Origin: the human T2T-CHM13v2.0 reference genome, Homo sapiens
Length of the DNA: 64,000 bases
NCBI RefSeq assembly: GCF_009914755.1
Contig: NC_060927.1
Strand: one strand, 5' to 3'
This document shows, in pieces, positions 56,415 to 64,000 of this stretch (within the stretch, counting starts at the first letter, position 1; each line of letters starts with the position of its first letter). The position numbers and the translations under genes were made by a program. Below the pieces are notes generated by a model. That model worked only from the letters and a program-made list of their open reading frames with translations, ran no database searches and was not told where the DNA came from.

Positions 56415-56896
56415 ATCCATCAGTATTTACTCAGGACAGGAGAACTCACTCCAGATCATTTAATAGAGGGAAGTTTATGGCAGGAAATAATTAGAAAGAT
56501 ATTGGAAAAACAAAAAGGAAGATAGTAGATGCCTAGACAGCCGAGATATTAGCAACAGCAAAAAGTTGTTCTCATCTCTAGCACTGGAAGGACAAGTGGA
56601 AGAGGTGGTGTAGCCCAAGTTCAGGTGCCAGGGCTTCCCTCCAGAGAGCTGGAACCAGGGAGGAGAGGCAGCCACTGCTGGAGATACAGCCAAAAGCAAA
56701 GAAACGGGAAGAAATGCATTGGATTTTACCCTCCTTTCACATCCAGTTTCCTGCCAGGAACTCCCATTGACAGAGTCTGACTGAAAGTCAGTTGGCAAAG
56801 GAACTGGGAAATCTATGTCTCAGTCCTTTGTGATACACTGCAGAGCAAGGGAAGGGTGGGAAATAAACTGAGAAGCGACAGTCCAATGGCTGCCAC
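56415..56896 (-). mobile_element. Old ERVL LTR (LTR67B-like)
   Basis: agcaacagc...ctagcactggaaggacaag...ctcccattgacagagtc. Confidence 0.5.
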
Positions 56897-57589
56897 AGCA
56901 ACCTCAGGGAAAGTTTGCAACTGCAGCAGGATTGTCTGAAACTGCTTCCACTTAACTCTTCTGCCTATAAGTTATTTAACAGGGCTTTCTGTAGGCAGCT
57001 GTTCTGTGAGGGATCTCATTGTACCAAAAACTGTTCTGAAAATACACACAAAATATTATATTATGACACCAGACTATAGTTATTTTTTAAATATTAGTTT
57101 ATTTGCTTTCCTTATGATGAGCTATTTATTTTTCTTTCCTCTATATATAGAACCCAAGATAGTATCAGTGTTAATGAAGTCTTATAACAATTATTATTAG
57201 CATGCTCTTATTCCATAAACTGGTAAGTTTCCGGTACGCCTTCAACTCCATTCCCATTATTATAATCATATAATGTCTAGCAGTAACATCGCATTAAAAT
57301 TTCAAAGAATTTTTCTCTTCGCTGACAAAATCTGTACTTGCTTACAGATTACATTTTCTATTTTTAGTCATAAAATGGGACCAATGTAAGAAAGTCTCGG
57401 TTGATAGTGCTGAAGGTAGCAAAAAGAAAACATGGAAACTTTCATGGAAGTGTTGAGTGATGGTCCTTGACCAAGGTGTGCCATAGAGCGTTGTGGGGAG
57501 CAGTGAAAAGGAGCAGCAAGTGACAGGGTGACAGGGAGCTGGTTGTGCTAGGGAGGAAGAAGGCACTCCAGTTATTTCACAAATCTTTA

Positions 57590-58690
57590 ACAATAGAATG
57601 AAAAACAAGACAGACACAATCTTTTGCTTTTGTGAGTCTTATATTCTAGTGGGAAAGACAAACAAAATTAAGTTTTTAAGCGATGGTCATTTCAGGTAGT
57701 GGTGTGATAAGAAGGAGGCAACATTTGCTGAGTGGCAACCTAGAGTGGGTGGCCAGGAAATTTCTCTCTGAGTTGGTGCCCTTAGTCCTGAAGCCTGAAT
57801 GAGGACCTCAGGAAAAAGCATTTCAGATAGGACATAGTCCCAGAAGCCAGAACAAACTGGCATTTTTGAGGAATCAAAAGGCAGCCACGTGGCTAGAACC
57901 TAATGAGGGAGGGAGAGATAAAATGGGTTGGCTGCTGCAGCAGCTGCATTTTATTAAACCCACAAATTAGGGTGGAACCATTATTCCAGGATGACTGCTA
58001 AACAAATAACACTGGGATTGTAAAAAAAAAAATGGATTCCGTTATGCATGGCATTGTGCTAGGTGCTTACAGGATACAAAGATGAATAAAGCATGGACTC
58101 TGCCTCTCAGGATTCCCTGGCTAGAGAGGGAAACACCAGAATTAAAAATGACTCAGTATAAGAAAAATATATACTAAACGCAAGGGGAGTGTAAAAGAAA
58201 AAATTCAAACAAGGCTGCAAACCATGAAAGGAAACATTATTTTTATTAAAAAATTAAGATGGATTGCAATGCTTCAAATGTGAAACAAAATAATTCAACT
58301 TTGGACAGTGTTACAGGAGACCATTTTATGTCTTCTGGTGTCAGCCAAACCAGAATTTGGATCATAGGGTTTTTGAGCTACAAGGGATATGAGTTGTCAT
58401 TGAGTTCAAATCCTTCATTTTTCTGAAGAGGAAATAAAAGAAGTTACATGACTAGTTCAAGGTCAGTAAACTGACACCAGCCCATGAATCTCTCTAGAAC
58501 ATATCCTGGTTCATTTTTCCATAGAGTAGCGTAGCCACAGGTGTCATCTTTAACCAATGATTCACACATCCTGAGATACAGTTTAAAAGTATAGGTCAGC
58601 TGATTTTATTTATTCATTCATTTATTCAACAAATGTTTATTGAAAATATGCCTACCATATGCCATGGAACACCTACTATGCTAAGCATCC
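57590..58690 (-). mobile_element. L2 fragments plus MIR fragment
   Basis: ttatattctagtggg; gcattgtgctaggtgc; ttcattcatttattcaacaaatgtttattga. Confidence 0.6.
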
Positions 58691-59399
58691 ATATACTATT
58701 GAACATTTTATGCTAATCACTGCACTCCTACAGAGAGAATCAAAAAAACCGAGTTAAAAACTTAACAGTTGTTATTTTCCCCAAGCCAAATGTAATGAAA
58801 AGTAAGAAGTCATTATAAGAAGAACTATAATTTTCCCAAAGCATGGCAGTAATTCTGGGCTTCCTGTCTATAAATAGGATGGTCCACTCTAAATGGACCC
58901 CACTGCACTTCTTTAAATCACAATTACTAAGTAACCATCCACAAACAGCTGATGTTGGAATTGCAGGATCAAGATGAGCAAACTTCATACTAGGGCATTT
59001 AAAGATATGTCTGTGGGATGACTAATAGCCTATATGGAGAGTGAAATGCTCAGCTGCTCAGAATTCTTAGCAGGTCTCTGAATTCTGTCTAAAAATATTG
59101 GCAGCAACATCTGTCCTCATTGTCGGCGCATGCTGAGAAGGCTTTAATATTCACCCAGAACAGGTAGGCTCTTGGCTTTCAGGGGGTTGAATAAAGATCC
59201 TCTCTACCCAGCAATCTGCGTTGACTGAATTTTAACTTCCTTGGAGATACTAAAAACTGTTGGAAATTTAAATTTTAGGTTCAGGGAGACTGGTATTTAT
59301 TAAAGAACTCATTCATTGAAAGTCAGGAGATAGGTTCTAAGCATTATCTATTCTATGAACAAGCCATGGCTTTGAATGTCCTCCCGGCCATCCCTGTGT

Positions 59400-60350
59400 A
59401 CTCTTCACTGTGTTATAGGCACTGTATGTGGATGGCCTTTTGGCCTCTGAACATATATATTTTCTAACCTGAGTGCCTTTGCTTCTGCGGTTTCCTGTGT
59501 CTGGAATCTTGTTCTCTTATTTCTATGTCTAAAAGAAAATAAAATAAAACAAATCCCTGCTCATCCTTTAAGGCCTTGCCCAAAATTTACATCCAATTTT
59601 CATCACAAAAATTGATCATGTCTTTCCCAATATTCTATAACATTAACACATAAAAGCTTTTACTGTGTGTCATGTACTCTATACGCCTATCTAACTTAAT
59701 TCTCACAATCATTTTCTCTCATTTACAAACAAGGGAAATGAAAGCCAAGATCAAGTTGCTAGCAATTAGCAGAGCTGAGATTCAAATCCACGAACATCTG
59801 ATTTCAAGCACCATAGCTTAACTATTTTATTTTCTAGTATCTGGCCTCTACCATCCAAGCGTATCAGAACTAGTTATATACAGCTCTAATTATACTGTGA
59901 AGTGTGAACTCTTTGAATAGAAGGACTATGATCAAGTGGAGCCAGGATTTGAGGAAAAAGACCAGCTCATTCTACAAACTTGAGTTGATGCTCTACCATG
60001 TTGATGGTAAGATTGAGATCTGTTATAATAACAATAGTGATTAATTGGGCATGTTTGGAACTAGAAAGCACTATTTGTTGTAGGTGCACAAATTTTGGTA
60101 CTTTTGTTCCTTAGTTGTTGTTTTTTAAAAAAAAATCCAATTCATAGAAGCATATGGTATTGTGTATTATTTTGCAATAGGACTGTGAACGATTCTCTAG
60201 AATTATTCATTTATTTATTTATCCAGTAAACACTTAGTGAGCTTCTATTGTTCTTAAGGCATAGTAGAGGGGTCATAGAGGTATAAAGTAAAATCATTGC
60301 CCTCAAAAATAGACATAAGTGAGATAAGACATGTATATATATAATCATAA
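59400..60350. mobile_element. L2 (+), MIR (-) and L2 3' end (-) fragments
   Basis: gcctttgcttctgcggtttcc; cagagctgagattcaaatcca; ttcatttatttatttatccagtaaacac. Confidence 0.5.
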
Positions 60351-61494
60351 TGAAACTTTGTGTAACCATTCAATTTTAGGAGAAATACCATTTACATTTC
60401 ATTAATCCAGATTTACACTTTTAAGCCTTCAACAGTTCATCATACGTTTTTACTCTCTTACCTAGAGGGAGAAGGAGTAAGTTGAAAGTGGAGGGACGGG
60501 AAGGGTAAACAGAGCATAGAAGGAATGCTAACATATATGAAGAAAAGGACATAAGACACCATGATAGTTCTGAATAAATATCTCAAAACTTCATTTTCAC
60601 TTTTGTTGTAAATGACAAGTTTTTAAGTCAGAATAGTTATAGTCAGATGGTGCACCATCCAAAACACTGCCCAGAATGATAACAATATAAATACATAATG
60701 TTTTCTCCTCCCACATACATATTCAACTACAACTGACATAGAGTTGAGGTCATCAGTATCTCACCAATCTGGGAGCTTTTTCTATTCCTATGGCCCTCAC
60801 TCTCATTCCTTTAGGCAAATTAGCAGAGCTCCATCAAAATGCATTCTTAATTCATAAGCAGATAATAGTTTGAGCTGGCAATTCTCATAACTGTGTTCAG
60901 TGCTGGCATCCATTCCTTATCCAACACACCAGCAATTGCTCCATAGCCAAATCCCCCGTTAAGTCCTGCACCACACTGTTTCTGTCTCCTGTAGGGTCTC
61001 CAGAATATATTTTGTATATCTATTTTTTTTCTGGTCCAGAACAAAAGCCCAACAGTATTGGTTAGGACAAACATTACTTTGTTAATGGGTTATTTATTCT
61101 CATATTCCATATATATGTTTATCCCTTACAATTCTTGACCTAGTATTAGCATCTAGAGACATTTGCTGAGTTAGACTTCAATTGTCATTTCTGTACCAAT
61201 CGTTTAAACACTAGCTGAAAATTATATCTTTTGTTCTTTTTAAAAGAAAATTAGAGGTGAATAATGGTTGTTTTATGAAGCTTCTTTATCTCTTGGCTGT
61301 AAATGGCATCATAGATTTGAAATCCTAAATTCATATTAAAATGATCGACAGGACTGTAAGGCCTTTGGGAGCAGAAACTGTTTTATTCACTCAACTCAAT
61401 GCAATCATACTCCTTGTACTTCACACAAAACTTCCAAAATGGGTGCTTCATATGTTTGTGTTGAATGCAACTGAATAAAAAATGGTGGTTCATT

Positions 61495-61818
61495 TTGGTT
61501 TTTTGTTTGAGACAGGGCCTCATTCTGCTGCCCAGGCTAGAGTGCAACAGCACAATCAAAGCTCACTGCAGCCTCAACCTCTTGCGCTCAAGCAATTGCC
61601 CCACCTCAGCCTCCTGAATAGCTGAAACTACAGGTGTGTGCCACCATGCTTAGCTAATTTTTTTACAAAATAGCTAAGGTTAATTAAAAATGCAATTTTT
61701 ACATTGCAGGGTCTCATTCTGTTGACCAGGCTGGTCTTGAACTCGCAGACTCAAGCAATCCTCCTGCCTCAGCCTCCCAAAGTGTTGAGATTACAGGCAT
61801 GAGCCATCGTGCCTGGCC
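61495..61818 (-). mobile_element. AluJ with rearranged middle linker
   Basis: gcagcctcaacctc...gctcaagcaat J diagnostics. Extra bases in the linker. Confidence 0.9.
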
Positions 61819-63314
61819 CATTTTGTTAATGCTACATATGGAAATCTGATGATAATGTTACCCAAGTTTAGGGAAATTTTCTGGGCTTTTAAAGAACTTA
61901 GGTAGCAAAACAAACAGTATGTAGAATCAACTTGGAAGAGTTTTGCCTTGTATTCCCAAATCTGTGGGAAATACTTTAATCAACATATTATGTTTCTGCA
62001 CTCCACTCCTGGAACTATAGATTCTACCCAAAATGAACACTTACCTTTCAAATTGACACTTGGATAAAAAAGCAAGCAAAAGTAACCATATATATTTAAA
62101 CAAACAAACAGTGGAAAAGGCTGCAACTTCTTTCACCGTTCTTAAGAGCAGAGCATTTAACCTTTGCATATACTCCCTTCCACAGTCTTACAATTTAAAT
62201 GCATTCTTTAAAGTTAACCTGTTCTGTCAAGCATATGATAACTGCAGGAAGATATGCCAGTTGTGTGGAATGGAGATGGGGCAATGTCCTGCTGTTCCTT
62301 TTTGTATTCACTTTATTACCCAGGGGAATAAGTTTTTCCCTGTGGCTCCCTTCAGCTTGATCGTCATTTTTCAGTGGTGAAAGCCCCATCAAGAGATAGC
62401 AGCCTCTCCAATGGAAGAAAGAGGATCTGCCACTTTAAATTTTCAGCAGGCAACTGGCATTTTATTATTTACGTATTTCATGTCATTATGTTGGATAATA
62501 TAACAAATGATGCAATCAGAGCCACGGGAAATTTAAAGTGGTGTACACCTGTTCTCACCTGGGAGAGGAGCAATAGCTCATACACAACTTCCCTAGCTGA
62601 AAACCAGCAGTACACAAAACCTTTGCATAGAACTGTGCCTCCAAACTGACAAATAGGCCAAGTTGGAGAACATGAAATAAATTCCTTTAGCCTTCTTTGA
62701 TGAGCTTTGGACTTGATTTTTTTTTCATAAATGACATTTTTCTTTTTTTGAAAGTCTTTTTTGTTGTTGTTTGCTTTAGGTAAACTGTCACGGACATAGG
62801 AATGTAAAAATCAAGTATAAATCACAATTGCTTTCCTGAGCTCCTGGCTGAAATTTGTCTGCTAGTCCTAGTGATGGACCCATTTATCAGCAATGCTGTT
62901 ACTTCCACTTGGAAATTGTATGCAGAAGAACTATGGTTGTATTTTCTGCAGTTAGTGAACCAAAAAAATATATTTCTCTCAAGAAATTGATAATGGGTCA
63001 TGAAAAAGAATTAGCTCCACCACAATCTCACCTCCTTGAGGGTCAACTTCATGAGAAATTAGGAAATTACTCAAGAAAAAAAATGACTTCAAATGTATAG
63101 CTGGTTGGCTGTTCCACTACTGGTTGAATCATATTAAGATAGCTTCAGGGTTTCTGGGTTACAGGAGCACTAAACACTCAAATCTCTAGCCATCTGCCTA
63201 TTACTAGGCCACGTTCCTGAAGGAGGATGAATATTCAGGTTAAATATTTTTTTTTTCTCATAAGGCTTTTGTCTCAATCCTAATGGAGTCTCCCAGTGAG
63301 CCAAGTGTACCTGG

Positions 63315-63711
63315 TAGGGCTGCCAGATAAAATACTGGACACCCCATTAATTCAAATTTCAGATGAACAACAAATAAGTGGTATTAGTAGTATGTCCCAA
63401 ATATTGCATGCTAGAGGTATAATGTATAGTCCAACCCCCCCCCAAAATATCCAATCATCTAGTGACATAGGATATGCAAGTATAATTATGAAATTATAAT
63501 TATACTAAAATAACATATATATTATACATATAAAATATTTATTATATTTTATATAAGGAAAACTTATACTCTATAGTATATAGGAAGTCCTAAATACTGC
63601 ATGGGACATATTTATACTAAAAGATTATTTGTTGTTTATTTAAAATTCAAATTTCACTGGGCATTAGGGGTTTTGTTGTTTGTTTTGTTTTTTCTAAATC
63701 TGGCAAACCTA
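63315..63711. mobile_element. MER53 palindromic MITE with a 176-bp insertion in its central loop
   Basis: tagggctgccagataaaatac... / ...aaatctggcaaaccta termini and self-complementary arms. Confidence 0.85.
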
Positions 63712-64000
63712 TTAAAGAGAAGACTCCCAGTACCTGAATTACCTGTAAGCCTAAGGCAAGTGCCCTTTTTGGCCCCTTTCACCTGGACCTACATCCATAT
63801 CCCAGTCACATACATCATCACTAGCCCACTAGCTAGCAAAGGACATCACAAATAAGGAAGTGGAAGAAAGAGATTTTCTTTATAAAGTCTATAGCAGATG
63901 CATCTAACCATTTTAGCTCAGGCTTCACCACAAAGATGCCTCTTCCCAAATGCGAGGTAGCCCAGGGCCCCTCTACCACGCCAACCACATGTAAGAAGAA

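Overview
AT-rich, CpG-depleted primate (human-like; AluY/AluS/AluJ present) genomic DNA, intronic or intergenic in character. Much of it is interspersed repeat: Alu, MIR, L1M, L2, MaLR/ERVL LTRs, hAT-Charlie MITEs, Tigger3a and MER53. I see no CpG island, no tRNA/rRNA and no prokaryotic features. Most ORFs in the track are repeat-derived or chance. The only plausible coding piece is a candidate terminal exon at 922-~1650 (+), whose gene I cannot name. Best second-look items: a ~105-bp two-hairpin unit present twice 2.2 kb apart, flanking a candidate 24-nt minus-strand microexon; two inverted AluY copies sharing non-consensus changes (possible gene conversion); a perfect DR4 nuclear-receptor element built by tandem slippage inside a MIR; and several fold-back/template-switch hairpin clusters, including one inserted in the loop of a MER53. 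Repeat subfamily names come from recalled consensus sequences, and boundaries of old repeats are approximate. I found no evidence of a wholly new gene system.
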